A stretch of 57,466 bases of DNA, the filler included, from Diploschistes diacapsis (Eukaryota): assembly GCA_023645945.1 (NCBI GenBank). It is 5 parts of 5 records of this genome, joined end to end, with 100 filler letters (N's around TTAATTAATTAA, not from the genome) between each part and the next. Parts side by side here need not be neighbours in the genome. Positions count along the whole stretch, not along the records: positions 34,568 to 45,977 come from JALAIB010000836.1; positions 46,078 to 57,466 come from JALAIB010000837.1; 3 more parts are not named here. One strand, 5' to 3'. This document shows positions 37,649 to 50,215 of this stretch, piece after piece. Within the stretch, counting starts at the first letter, position 1. Each line of letters begins with the position of its first letter. Below the pieces are notes generated by a model, which was not told where the DNA came from, did not search any database, and saw only the letters and a list, made by a program, of their open reading frames with translations. A program made the translations under genes and the position numbers.

Positions 37649-38078
37649 AAACAATCACTACATCCTCCTCCATACAGGACATTGAGACTCAGATAGATAC
37701 TCGAGCAAGGTAAAGCCTCAATCAGCCGGCTGTGCGGGAGCATAAATCAACTTGAATGGTGAAGCAGGCCATGGTAGCTTTGGTTGTGGCTGTTGCTGTT
37801 GGCCGTGGGTCCTCGTCGAGGTCATGGTCTACAGTAGATTCGTAGTTTATGTCTATGCATCAGTCTACAGTCCCCTTCATGTTTTCTATTGTGATCAAGC
37901 CCTCTTTACGATCAACGCAATATAGACGTGTAGCCAGGAGAATGGATAACAGCCGAGATTTAAGGAAAATATCGCTCACACCAATATTGCGTATATTGCC
38001 AACGATCCTGGACTTGGTACGACCAGGACGAAAGAACCAGTAAGGATTCATATTCCTATCCTTATTTAATTATTTTAT

Positions 38079-39490
38079 CTAGCCCGTTCTTCTCTTGCTT
38101 GCCGAGACAAAGATATCGCATGACGCTGTGTATCTAGCTAAGTTATTTTCAGGAGTTTCACCTTCCTCGGAATTATAGTACGTGGCTTCTTTATCAGATT
38201 CTAACAGACTGCCTCCACGATGTGCAAGCGGTGCTTCGCGGATTCTTCTCTTAAATGCACCTTCCTCATCTTCTACGGACGGTATGTTCATTTTCAAGCC
38301 TGGTTCGCCTGACGGGCCATTAGATCCACTAAACCGTAACCTTTGGCGAGGTCGTGGGTTCTCGGGCGACTGCGTACCACGGCTTCTTTTCACGATGCCA
38401 AGGGCGAAGCTGATGCATTGGGCGACCTGGAAGGCATCGAAGAGGAGCTGCGGCTTCTTCGAAATTTTCTACTTGCCGCTCTCCATTTCTCGAACCCTTC
38501 CGCCTGTAAATCAACCGGCGGCGGCAGGGCCCAATCGGTCCCAATTGAGATGGGCATAAGGACCTTGGCCCAGGTAAACAAGCGGTGGATGGAGAACAGG
38601 AGATGCGACGGTTCTTGTCGAGAGTTTATAGTATCGGCTCGATACTCAAAGGTATGGTTGTTGTGGATCTTCTTCCCATCTTTTGTCGCGAAGGCTGTAA
38701 AACGATATTGGAGGAGCCGGAACCTCTAATCTCAGGGTTAGGCTCTGGTTCTGTTCATCATAGGCAATCGGATCGAATGTGATATAGCCGCTGTCATAGA
38801 ACTTGTGCAGCTCGCTAGATAAGGTAATGACATTTGCTAGGTAGTTGGAAAGAGGTCCGCCACACAATTGCCAAACTTGTAGGTAATCGTCCGCCGGTAA
38901 AATCATGGCCAGAATGAACCAAAACCATATTCCTTTTTCGGAAAGTGCAACAGTATCCGCTGGTATGATATGGGCCATTTGAGAATATGGAAGGTCGATC
39001 AATGAACAGAAGGAACCGGAATTGTCGTCACGTCGGCTTCCATTATCCCTTTTCTGAGATCATCCACGGGCTGAGCCCTCGTGAGTCTGCTTGGGCAGGT
39101 CTTCGGCCATATAATCCGAGATCAATTTGACATCGAGTAAGTTGATAATGAACTGCTCTATCTCGCTAAAGCGAGTCGTTGCCATCGTTTGATCAGTAGC
39201 GGAAGGTTTGGTGGTCTTTCTATGGACCGCTCCAACCGCGAATTTGATACAAAAAAAGCAGTCCTTGGTTCATATTGGAGACCTTCGGCGCTTTCCTGGT
39301 GCCTGCGACTAAGTGCCGTGAAAAGCTGATTGGTACGTTCCCGGTCGACTTGGACATTGAGTAGAAAGTCCAGATACGAAACGCAGACCTTCGTCCCCAA
39401 ACAATGCGCAATTTGCATCACGAATTAATGCTTCTCTCTTTCATCGTGATAGAAAGTTTCGACTGCGACAAGGACTGTGGTGTGGCCATT
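38079..39490 (-). pseudogene. Fungal HNH endonuclease (HNH_2-type) gene, disrupted
   Basis: RRDDNSGSFCSLIDLPYSQMAHIIP...NVITLSSELHKFYDSGYITFDP matches the RD..C...AHIIP...N.I.L...H..FD.G pattern. Flanking parts are broken by stops and frameshifts. Confidence 0.75.
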
Positions 39491-41149
39491 ATCGCTGTAC
39501 TTTTGAAAAAGGATTGCCAGGTAGGAGGGTTGATGATTAAAGTTATATGGCTATAAGCCTGGATATATAACTCATCGCTCAACGTCCTCTTCTGGATTTT
39601 GATCCGAACTTGTTATAAGGGTGAATCATTTCTTTCCTGATTCCATTAATAGTTCGCTCTTCCCACTCGTTTGTTCCCTTCGTAGAATTATGAAGGTTAC
39701 TCCTTTTTGCTTGCCTCGTGCGTAGTAAGTCGCAACAAGAGCCACAACTTTGCTGTCCTGGCCGATTCTTAAGAGACACATTCGGATTCCGTCGGTTGTA
39801 TGATAGGTTGGGCACTCACAAAAATCATGATCCAAAGCTTTCAAGAACGACCCTAGATTTATCACCATATAAGGCGCTGACAAAGAATGGCGTACTGTTA
39901 TAGATGCTTCTACAACGTGGCTGGGGACTTTTATGCGTTACAAACATTGAATATGTAGCGATTCATCGCACAAAAGCCGAGAACTGAGGTTACTCCTTGA
40001 GATCTGCTTTACACATGGTTTCAGGAGGGTGGATGAGGAATCCCCAAAACGGTAAAGAAGGCATTCTGCTAATAGATAAAGCGTTAGGGCTTGTAGAGGT
40101 TTCCAGAGGAGAAGACCAGCCATGTACAAGGTTGCATACCAGCATGATAGTCAGTAGCAAGAACAGGAAGTAAAACACATTTAGTCCAAAGTCTTTATAA
40201 ATGTTTCTTCGCGTGCTGTTCCAGCTGCTATTCCACATACTATTTCAGATGCTGTTCTAGATTCTAATTCTATTGAAAAGAGATGAAATGTACGTCTATT
40301 CTATAAATAAAACTTATAAGGCTTTTAATATAGACTATATACACGCCATATTGGATTTCGTATAGAAAAGTTTTTAATAAAATTTATGGAAATATATGGT
40401 AGCAAACGTGATAAAGATAGGTATAATATTTCCATGTTTATCTATATATTGCCCGATTATATCAAACCGATAATTATGGACAACTTTGCTGATCCCTATC
40501 ATTGTAATCTCGTATATAAAACTTCTGTCGCCGTGAGCTGGAAAGGAAAGCAACATTGGGGTCTAATAAGGAAATGCAGAATCATACTTCCAGTTTTCTC
40601 TGCCAAACCACAAGGTATTCCGAAACCAAGTCCACGGCTCTGCCGGCGGCAGGCGTGGCGGTTGCGGATGTTATGCCCGATGCAGGGCGTTTCCTGAGCG
40701 CCGAGCAGGTGAAAGATTTGATCCGTCACGTTAGGGGATACGCCTCGAGAAAAAGGCTCGGGATCTGGCAGCGGAAAATGGGTGCTTGACAGAAGGATTT
40801 GGAGAGTCACGACAAATTACCCAGGATGCTACAAAGGACCTGCAGGAAGGTCAATTGCCATCCAAGGTTGATACTAACCTCTGAAGATTGGGAGAATTGG
40901 CGCAGGCGTATGGGGACAAGTAACGAGCGATTGACGAACAGTTTAGAGATTTCATGATCTAGACAACTATCACGTTACCGAGAAGAAAGATCACAAAGCC
41001 ACCGTAAATTCTAATGTCTTTTGTTCTGATATTTGGTGCTATATGTATGACCACTGTTCTACGGATCTATCATCTGGTTATTTCAATCCCTTTTCTCCTC
41101 CGAAGTCATGGCCTCGATCTAGACCATTGACATATCCACCTGATGCTCG

Positions 41150-43223
41150 TCCTTTGCCAACAATCCCGTAGCCTTCCTTTCTTCCAGTCAGCCATTACTT
41201 CCGCCCGTTATACGAGACGTGACAAGAAATTTGATACTGAACCTTGTTCATCTCCCTTTTCATGTCTCGCAATCGCTGCTCGAGGTGCCGGACTTTGGCC
41301 TCCAGGCCGTAATATGCTTAATACTGGTTTCCGTTCCTAGCCATTCCTTTTCTCGGTCCTTCATTGCCTCGTTCAGGTCATCGTCGATCTATTTGATATC
41401 GATATTGAGCTGCCGAAAGGTCGAAGCCTTGGCGCTAATGGAAGAATTGATGTTTCCTGGTGCTACCCTTGTTTCACCGAGCGTTCCCGGGTGGTGGGAC
41501 CCGTAGCTGGCAACGGCACCGTGATGGCGGAACCGGTCAGGCGTACGAGGTAGAGGCATCCTAACCCTATCCTCGTCGTATTTCAAAGCTTCTTCGAGGA
41601 TAAGCTGTGGAGGGTGGATCATAGTATTTTCCTCCTCGCTGCGCATAGTCTCTACGGACGAAGGGTTTGCCACCTTGCGAAGCGCCCTCATTACTAAACG
41701 ACTGATGGTATCCATGGCACAAGCCCCCGCGCTAGCCTAGGAAGTCGTTACCATTTCTGGGGAGCGCTCCTGAAGCACTATAGCTCCTTGGACGATGGTC
41801 TCGCGCATCTGCTGCGTCGTAGTAAGACTGAGGGTGGAAACTCCCAGCAGTTGGATCAAGCCTCCTTTGTCTTTTGTTTCGTGGCCCGCCTTCATCTGCC
41901 GGCCTGATGGGCCAATCCCTACACCATAGTTTCCTTTTGGCAGACGACATGGACTGCCTACTTTTACGTCGTGCCACCCAGTCAACTTCCCAATTGATTT
42001 CCTTCAAGGCCTTGATAACGTCCGCGGGGACGTCTGGCCGCCATAGGTTTCCCGGGCGATGGTAGCTCTTTTTATGGTTGCAAAAAGCGAAGACGGGCTT
42101 CCACGAGAGCTTTCTCTACTCCCACGGTGTGTAGCTGGTACCCACGGAAAACTTTCAAAAAGGAGACCTGAAGATGGTACTTTGGGCTTGAGATCTTCAA
42201 GGTGTTCTTAATAATACGATCTCGGATGAAAACCCTGGCTTTGTCGAAGCACTTGGATTGCTCCTGGATAGTACGAAGTTCTCGTTCTCTGGAAGTACCT
42301 TCCTGACTGCGCGTTGCTAATTCCTTGGGTGTTTCGATAGAATACTGCGGGGTATCTGCAACATCATCCTCTGCGCTATCCTCAGGATCGCTTTCTTCTT
42401 CCTCCTCTTCTTCTTCCGATCCGTCCGCCTCCTCGTGTACTGGGCCCAATGGATTTTGGAGTATAGAACTCCTTACGAAGCCGTGCCTGGATGCGACGAG
42501 CGCCCCTCCCTTTGGATCCAGTGACACTCTGGCCGTGTTCCTCTCGAAAGCAGCGATGGACGCCGCTTTCCTTTCGGTGTAGTCTTCCAAAGCCAACGAG
42601 TGCTTCCGCTTCGTGTTTCTCTCGAAAGCAGCAACACTCGCCCGAACGATTTGCCTATCGGCTTCTTTCAGCAACAAGGGCCGTCGCGGCTCATTTCTTT
42701 CGAGATTTGCAACACGCTCCTCCTGGGTGCGCTCGGGAGGCGATAGCGTGCGAGGGCTTAGGGTCTGCATGGGCAGTGGCGACTCAGAAATAAGCCTTTC
42801 TACAGCCGGCGCTGTGGCAGCAATAGCCACATGGCGTTGCCGAGAGCTTGTTTAGGGTTTTACAGCCGCCTTGGTGGGAGCTAACAGAGGTTGCTTTCCT
42901 TGAATGGTCTTTTCTCCAGACCCGCCTTCGCTCTTCCTTTTCCCTTGCGCAGCAGTCGACTCTCCTCACGTGTCTGCTGTCATTAAAAGTGTTGTAAATC
43001 TCGGCTGTGAACCTTCCCAACCGGCCATTCCTGGAGTTTCAATAGGAAGCCTGATCTTGGCTTTGGCAACATACGAGACTTTGGTATGCTCGGCACCGGC
43101 AGCGAGGGCGGAGGAAGCCGAAGGGGTGTCGATCTTTTCTAACTCTGCATCTACTTCTTGAACTCCCCTCGCATTCGAATCATGCACCTCAGATATTTCA
43201 ATTTTTGTTGCTATGTAGAGCAC
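41150..43223 (-). pseudogene. Decayed gene of unknown function (about 2 kb)
   Basis: ORFs 42966-43223 and 42072-42830 share a frame and are separated by stops. 41732-42007 and 41389-41715 follow in shifted frames. Internal AAFERNT duplication and an acidic tract. Confidence 0.5.
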
Positions 43224-43824
43224 GCGAGGCCTTGCTGCTCTTTGTCATCGCGAAATGGAGACCCGTTAGAAGTTATCAATAAAAACTTAAGAGACGGACA
43301 GGGATCGAAAATTATGTATATTTCAGATAATTTGGGCCAATTACACGGGCAAACAAGGGCGAAAAAGAGATGCTCACGTGCAAACATATAGTTTCTTGAG
43401 TTTGTGTCTGAAGAGGTCTCTAGTTTAATGGCATGAACTAATGATAAACCCTCATTTCACTGGAAATCCCACTTTTCTTTCCTTTTCTTTTCCCCATTGA
43501 CCTTGCGATTCAATCTCTCTACTTCCATTTGTGGTGCTGCAAGATCACGATGAATATGCAGAACGAGCAAGAAAGTGGGCTGAGATTCAGAGAGATAGAA
43601 GCTCAAATGCTTGACAGATACGAAAACAACGAGTCTCTGCGGCCGCATGGCATCAGAACAAAGTCTTAGCCGCAGCTGGTGCGTCTATACGACATTTTTG
43701 GGATCTCGATATGACCGACAGAAAAGGCAAGGCCAGCGTCTTTCTTGCCACCGATTAAGATTTTGTTAATTTCGAAACACTCAAATTTCTTAGCAAGAGG
43801 GCAAGGAAGATAGACAAGGCACAA

Positions 43825-44905
43825 GTGCCGGCCATTCTGCGCGATTGGGAAGAAAGGAAAACTCGCAAGTGCGGCTGGGCAACTCAGAGCAGAAAGATTA
43901 CCAAGGCCGATTTGCTTACCTGGCAGGCCGATCAGACGGATTGGCCAGAAGGAAACATTACTGTTCCACACAAGCTAGTCAGATACGGAGGCCCAGCAAA
44001 AGAACAGCCTCCAAGCAAACGAAGAGCGCCACGCAAGCGTCAATTGTCGAATAAATACGGAGAAAGCAGCCCGGGTAAGAGAAGCAAGCAGACAAACAAG
44101 GAGCTGCGGGAATATGTCAGAGCTCTGCGAGCCGAGATCGCATGGCTGAAGAGGGGACGGAAGGCGAATGGCAAGCACGATGAGGAAGATACAACGGCCA
44201 AGGCTGCGTCCTCTTTCAGTCACAAGGACCATAGCGTCCGAAGAGAGGGTTTGGTTGCTGATCCAATCAAGCATCATAAAGCATTCCTTTACACCTCAGG
44301 GGAAGAGGACGAGTCACGCAGCGCCTTTCAGGTAAGGGACGACTTGGCCATCAACGACGAGATACCAGATCAAGAAGTACAGCGGTTTGGGAACGAAACA
44401 CGGATGACGGAGGAACACGAAGCAACAGCTCTTGAACTCGATTTAACAAAGCTTCAATCCAACAGCCCATGGAGCCGTGATTCTCGATATGACCCGGAAG
44501 ATAGGTCTTTATCCCATGCACAAGTCAATAGAAGGACATTTGACTGGAAGGAAGAAGACGCAGGCAGGATCCGGACCTTACGAAACTTCCAGATGAAATA
44601 AGATAGTCGAGAAAAGGACAGAGAATATAGGAACCTGAGGGATGGAGCTTTAGAGTCTTCGGATGGTTCGCAACACCAGCCATCAAGCGAGGTCGATCGT
44701 GAAAGACTTCACTGGCCAAGACGAAGAGGATCTTATGTTTATAGCAGACCAGAACAGTCGGTGTCTGGCAGCGGCAATGCGCCAAGGAAGAATAGTCCAA
44801 CACCGTCTTCCCGTAGAAGCGGCGGCGGCGGCGGAAGCGGAGACGGCAATCGGCTTATTCGCGCAAGCACTGCTAAATCACCGGAAGCTTCTGAGTTCGA
44901 CGTGA
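43825..44905 (+). pseudogene. Hypothetical basic/charged protein, probably disrupted
   Basis: 258-aa ORF without an ATG start, followed after a stop and frame change by coding-like ORF 44663-44905. Confidence 0.4.
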
Positions 44906-45340
44906 TGGGCTATATGTCTTCCTTATGCTGGAATGGTAAGAAGCGACCACCCTGTCTTCTGGATAATCATTTCCGGCTTGAAGATTATGTGCGCTCGCTC
45001 CCATAGCTACGACCGGCCGCTGATGCCTAACGCATCAAACCCCTCGAGGTAATTCCTCTGCCAATTAACCAGAGAATAATGGCACTCGCGCGGGGAGCGT
45101 GGCGCAGCCCAGTGATCGTGGCGCCAAGTTGGCCGCTGCAAATTCGACGCAGTCAGACACGTGCCAACCCGGTGGGAGGAGCAATTCAAAAGCTGGTATT
45201 GAGCGCCGGAAGCAAGAGGAAGATGATAGAAGGAAGACCGATAACTCGGTCCGCGAGGAGGAGGCTGAGGCTGGTAAAGAGGCTGGGCAGCAGAGAAATG
45301 GTTAGGAAAACGAACCCCAGGATGATAGGACAGATAAACA

Positions 45341-45977
45341 CAGGGCGATTCGGGAGCACCACCTGCTCCCCACCCCGTCCATACAAACTCCGTAGGGCTG
45401 ACAATTAATCTGCATACACGTTAAGTTAGGTCCCATATAAATTTGTATGTGCATTTCCTCAAGTCATGTAATATTCATGTCACGTGATAACATTTCTTAT
45501 TATTAAAACTCCCTTTTCTCCATACATTTTAGAGCTCTTTTTCAGAGCTTAATATATCGCTTATTAGGCCATCTAGATGATCAATATCTAGATAGCCTTC
45601 TTGCGACATTGTTAGCTGCTGGCCAGCCCTGCGCGTCTTATGTTTTGCCCTTCTTTTGCTCCTCTCTCGTCTGCTCTTTTTGCTGTTTTGCTTGCTTTCT
45701 CTCCTCTTTCTTCTGTTCTTGTGCTAACACCTTTGCAGATCTTGTCGCCGCCGTCTCCTGGTCCCTCACCGCCGTTGCCGCTACCATCGCTGCCGCCCTC
45801 TCCTCTGCCTTGGCCCTGGCAGCCTCTCGCTTCCGTCGCTTACCTGCCGTGGTGAGACTCGTCTCCCACGGTTGCGACGCGTTCTTTCGGCTCGGTTGTC
45901 GTGCGCGCTTCGTCGCTGGCGCTGGTTCTGTGGACGGGGGCGCTGCGTCGTCGCCGTTGGAAGAGGAGGATGGGGAT
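45341..45977 (-). mobile_element. Terminal part of the same transposable element as 35367-36019; little-mutated copy, truncated by the contig end
   Basis: Terminus CAGGGCGATTCGGGAGCACCACCTGCTCCC on the + strand. The minus strand carries the end of an ORF (...PATKRARQPSRKNASQPWETSLTTAGKRRKREAARAKAEERAAA...EEQKKGKT*). Confidence 0.85.
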
Positions 45978-46077
45978 NNNNNNNNNNNNNNNNNNNNNNN
46001 NNNNNNNNNNNNNNNNNNNNNTTAATTAATTAANNNNNNNNNNNNNNNNNNNNNNNNNNNNNNNNNNNNNNNNNNNN
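45978..46077. other. Artificial contig-joining spacer
   Basis: 44 N + TTAATTAATTAA + 44 N. Confidence 0.98.
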
Positions 46078-46690
46078 GGTCGTCAGGGCGATGGCGAAGG
46101 CGGAGGTGTGGTGTGGTTTCGAGCATCGGGATTTGCATTTGGGGAATGTTTGTGCTAGGGATACGAGGCGTGGTGATGATGGGGATGGAGAAGACTTGGG
46201 GCTGGTGGGCGAGGAGGAGGTGGTGGAGCTAGGACTGAATAGGACGGGGGTGGAGGTGACGATTATCGACTATAGTCTTTCGCGGGCGGCGCCGGCCGGC
46301 GGAACGGAGGAGGTGCTGTTTTACGATTTCGTAAAGGACAAGCAGTTGTTGCAGGGCGAGGGGGATCTGCAGTATGATGTATATCGATACATGGCTGCTG
46401 CGGTTGGACAGACGCCGGCTAGCGATTTCGTGCCGGGAACAAATGTGTTGTGGTTGTGGTTCGTATTAAGAAAGCTACTAGACGCAACGATAATATTGTC
46501 GAAGGAGGCTAGAGGCAAGAGAGAAAAGAAGGTCACTGTGGTTGCTAGGACTTTGGAAGTCCTTCAGGATACGCTGGAGCTAATAAACCCAGGGGAGATG
46601 ACTGGCTGGCAGATTCGGTCAGCGGGAGAACTTCTGGATCTAGGAGTCGAGAAACGGTGGTTTAAGGCTGAGGAAGTCCTACTTGCTTGA
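46078..46690 (+). CDS. Haspin-family protein kinase, C-terminal part (5'-truncated)
   Basis: FEHRDLHLGNVC, VTIIDYSLSR, DLQYDVYRYM and PGTNVLWL are haspin hallmarks. Confidence 0.92.
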
Positions 46691-46821
46691 CGTAGGGATG
46701 TTTGCATCTGGGATTATTGATTAGGCAATGGAACATAGGGTTAGGCGCTCTTTTGGTGACTCTTAACCTCAATGTTTCACTCGTTTCTCTATAAAATATT
46801 ACATGAATATCGGACGCCTCG

Positions 46822-48232
46822 CTATGCCACAACAAAACTAAGTAAGCTTCCAACAGTGAGTCCAGCGACGAGAACCAAACCCATGAAGCCGCCTGCAGCC
46901 TCTCTCTCGTCCTTGTCAACCCATGCCGGTGCTGCCATCATACATGTAGATCCTATCCATCCACTGGTCAACCCGAAGAAAAACTGGACGGCAACCAAGT
47001 AGAAAAAATCCGAGTTGATTACAGCGCCACGTCCTTTGATATTGCAGAGTAGATAGAGCGGAATAAAAGCAAAGCGAGCAATGGACCACGCAAGGGTTGC
47101 TTTTGGCGCCTGAACCAGATTAAAGACGGGCAGTAGCGGCATATATCGCCCTGCCAGATCACCTGCATTCCATAGAAGTAGGGCCAGTGGAATAAAAGTT
47201 GCAGGCTGTAATATCCGGGGTGCTGCGTCCGCGGGTTGAACGCTCACAATTTGTTGGGTGAACACTGGAAACAGCATCGAAACACCGAAGGCCAGGAATA
47301 TGCTGGTAGCAAACCATTTGAGTTTCCAGAATAGTGTCATGAGTCCGACTTGCTTGTTTTCAGCCTGAGCAGTAATTTCAGCGCTCTGAACATCCTCGAC
47401 GATACGCTTAGCGTGACTAAGTTGCCTATGATGGCGCAGTAGGTAGCTGAAAGCAAGGAGGGAAATTGCGGAGATAGCAGCTGCCGTCAGGAAATACGCA
47501 AATGCTGACTTTGAAGGGTCCCCGAGTTGGCCATGCTCTGCATTACGTTGTGAGACCGAAAGGACGGATACGATCTGAACAATGCAAGGTGCCACACCAG
47601 CGACTCCTTGTCCGGCCATAATAGCCTGTGTATATTCTTCCCGACCGAAGCCCGATGAGAGCGCAAAGAGCCCGTTCTGAGCCAAGGCCGCTGCCATAGC
47701 CGACACACAGACGAGGAGCAACACGATAGCGAAATATACATTGGGATCAATGTCCAAGAAGGTGACAGCGAAGAGCGTCAGAAGCAGAAAGGCCACAATA
47801 TTCAGTATGAGAAATGCAACAATGCGCCAAGGGTATGAAACGTTCCTCTGCAGCCGAGCAAGCACGATCATTCCTACCAGATTGACTACCGTGGAAGAGA
47901 CGATGATAGAAGGTTGGAAGTTTTGAAGAACCCACGGTGACGAAGCAAAACGACGTTGGAAATAAGGCGCTGCAGCAAGAAACATGTTCCTACAGGCGTG
48001 ATCAGCGAATTCATGACTCTCAAGTCTCAAGGGGGGATTCAGCATACCACGCCCACAGCATAGCAACACCTAGCAGTAGGAAAATAGAGTATGTCATCCA
48101 AGAAAAGTGTGCTCTTGGCTCTCCCTCATCGTCGGAAGGGCCAAATGTGTCGATACCATCATTCCGGATAGGCTCATACTCTGCTTCAACGGATCGCTGC
48201 GTCTTCCAGAGCCGCTTAACTCTCTCCATCAT
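46822..48232 (-). CDS. Equilibrative nucleoside transporter (Fun26/ENT family)
   Basis: FLLLGVAMLWAW|NMFLAAAPYF across intron 47990-48047. TQAIMAGQGVAG, WNAGDLAGR, FGLTSGWIGS, EREAAGGFMGL. About 11 TM segments. Confidence 0.93.
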
Positions 48233-48489
48233 GGTGGTCTATTTTGCGTACTTGCTTCGAGGAGCGCCATCTGTGAGAGAAGGAATAGAAGGGTTATAGG
48301 AGGTAAAGAGTGTGGTAGTCTTCTGATTCAGAACATCAGTCACGCAGCCAGCCGGCCGTCAGTCACATAAAGGTGAATCGATGATGTCTTGGTAAGGTGA
48401 CAAAATGTTCCGTTCCGTAAATTAGATGCGCGACACAACCGGCTTTGCCTTACTAGGTAACAGTCTTTGTAACTTCTCAGGCATCCGAG

Positions 48490-49301
48490 ATGAACGTAAT
48501 TATCGAGGAACCATCTCTGTTCAATGCAACCACCATCGCTGCTCTGTCTGTGCTTTCTCTGATCATTCTCGTGGCATATTATGCTTCGCTTCAGTTGCTC
48601 CCAGAAAACACCACCTCAAAGCTCCGGACGTTCTATATTTGGCATGTCGCTGATGCCCTTGTGCATATGATCCTCGAAGCCTCTTTTCTTTACAATTGCT
48701 TCTTCACCTATGTGGAACTGCCTGTTCCAACCTCTGATTATCCTCATCCGGCCTCGTTGACCTCGAACCTTGTCTACTTCCTAAGCAGATCAGACAGAAG
48801 CTATGGCTCCAATTTTGGGACTAATGTCTTTGCTAAGCTGTGGCAAGAGTACGCAAAAGCGGATAAGAGATGGGGAGGCGCGGATCTTGGGATCATCAGC
48901 CTGGAAATGCTGACCGTCTTCATTGGGGGACCCCTCGCACTTTACGTTAGTGACCTTATACGTAGAGGTGGAGGATCCCCCAACGGTGGAGCTACAAGTG
49001 CAAAAATGTGGTTCTGGGGAAGTTTGCTTGCTACAGGAGAACTATACGGCGGGTTCATGACTTTCGCCCCTGAATGGCTAAGTGGGAATGTTAATCTCGA
49101 TACTGCAAGCTTTATCAAGCTATGGATTTATTGTGCGTATTAACAACAGCACTGGTATAGCTCTTGCTAACCTATTTAGTGGTTCTTTTCAATATGGTTT
49201 GGGTGTTATTGCCCCTCTGGTTCCTCTATGAGGCCTATCAGAATATCAAAGGCTCCTTCGTCTGCTCATCTAAGGCGTCGCAGGGCAAAAAGGCTGCTTG
49301 A
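48490..49301 (+). CDS. Emopamil-binding protein (EBP/EXPERA) family membrane protein
   Basis: WHVADALVHMILEASF, LWQEYAKADKRW, LEMLTV, ELYGGFMTFAPEWL. Intron 49133-49179 restores WIYLVLFNMVWVLLP. Stop at 49299-49301. Confidence 0.92.
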
Positions 49302-50215
49302 GCCCTCGTCTCTTCAGCGACACCTACATACTAACTGCGTAACAATAGCGTTGTCAGGGACTCCAAGAAAGAACGCTTGGAGATTCATGTCTCAAGAGTA
49401 CTGGTTTTAGCAGAGAGTCTTAGCATGTCACGCCTCACTACGATCTTACGTTGGATGATTTATCATGGTGTACCACCCCCTCGGAGATGGCATCATGTTA
49501 TATTTTCTTGCATGAGAAAAGTGGAATGGATATGGACTGGTTGAGGAGCGCTTCGAAATCTCCGAACAAGATTCTTATCCAAGGTCTTCCAACAATGCCC
49601 ATCTAGATTCAACCATACACACTATGAGTTTAGTTTAGGCGATAGTTCTGGAATATCATCGCCCATCTTTTTAGAGACCTTTCGAAATGTGCGGTGTTCC
49701 TACACTGACAGCACTTGCTCCTGCCTGGAAAGAGGGAGAAGGACCGATGAGTTTACCCCCAGTTCTAAGGACTACAATTTGTGCTCGATCCAGAAATCGC
49801 GGTGACGCATCGCGTTCATTGCGATGGGAACTTGTGCCTTATATTTCGAAACGTAAGGGTAGCGTATAATCGCGTTTTGCGTGCTCTACATAACTTTCTA
49901 CTCTGTACATACTGAAATATCCGAAGATACTGCTACATCTGTAGTAGTATGGAGGGCTTGGAGGAGAAGTTGGTCGCGTGCCGATTCGCTTTCGGATAAT
50001 CATTTATCCAACTTGTAGTATACTATTTGTAGTAGTCGATTGGGATGGCGAAAAGCGACAAGCTATGTTTCTATTGAACAGCGAGCAGAGGAAGACGGTG
50101 ACAATTCGTACTTTACGCCAGCTCCATGGCGCTCGACTCTTCGAAAAGGCAATATGTTCGTTCTGCCCACAGGCTGCATTGAGACCTCTGCGAGCCTTAT
50201 AGTAGGGGAGGTACA

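Noticed and set aside
37262..37654. Antisense hydrophobic repeat ORFs (37262-37654 and 37272-37571)
   Set aside because: Shadow frames of the tandem coding repeat. The signal peptide, intron and TATA box all support the + strand.
35367..45977. The two inverted repeats as the TIRs of one single element
   Set aside because: The sharp terminus faces inward in both copies, both contain the 3' end of an ORF, and they differ strongly in mutation load. Two separate copies fit better.
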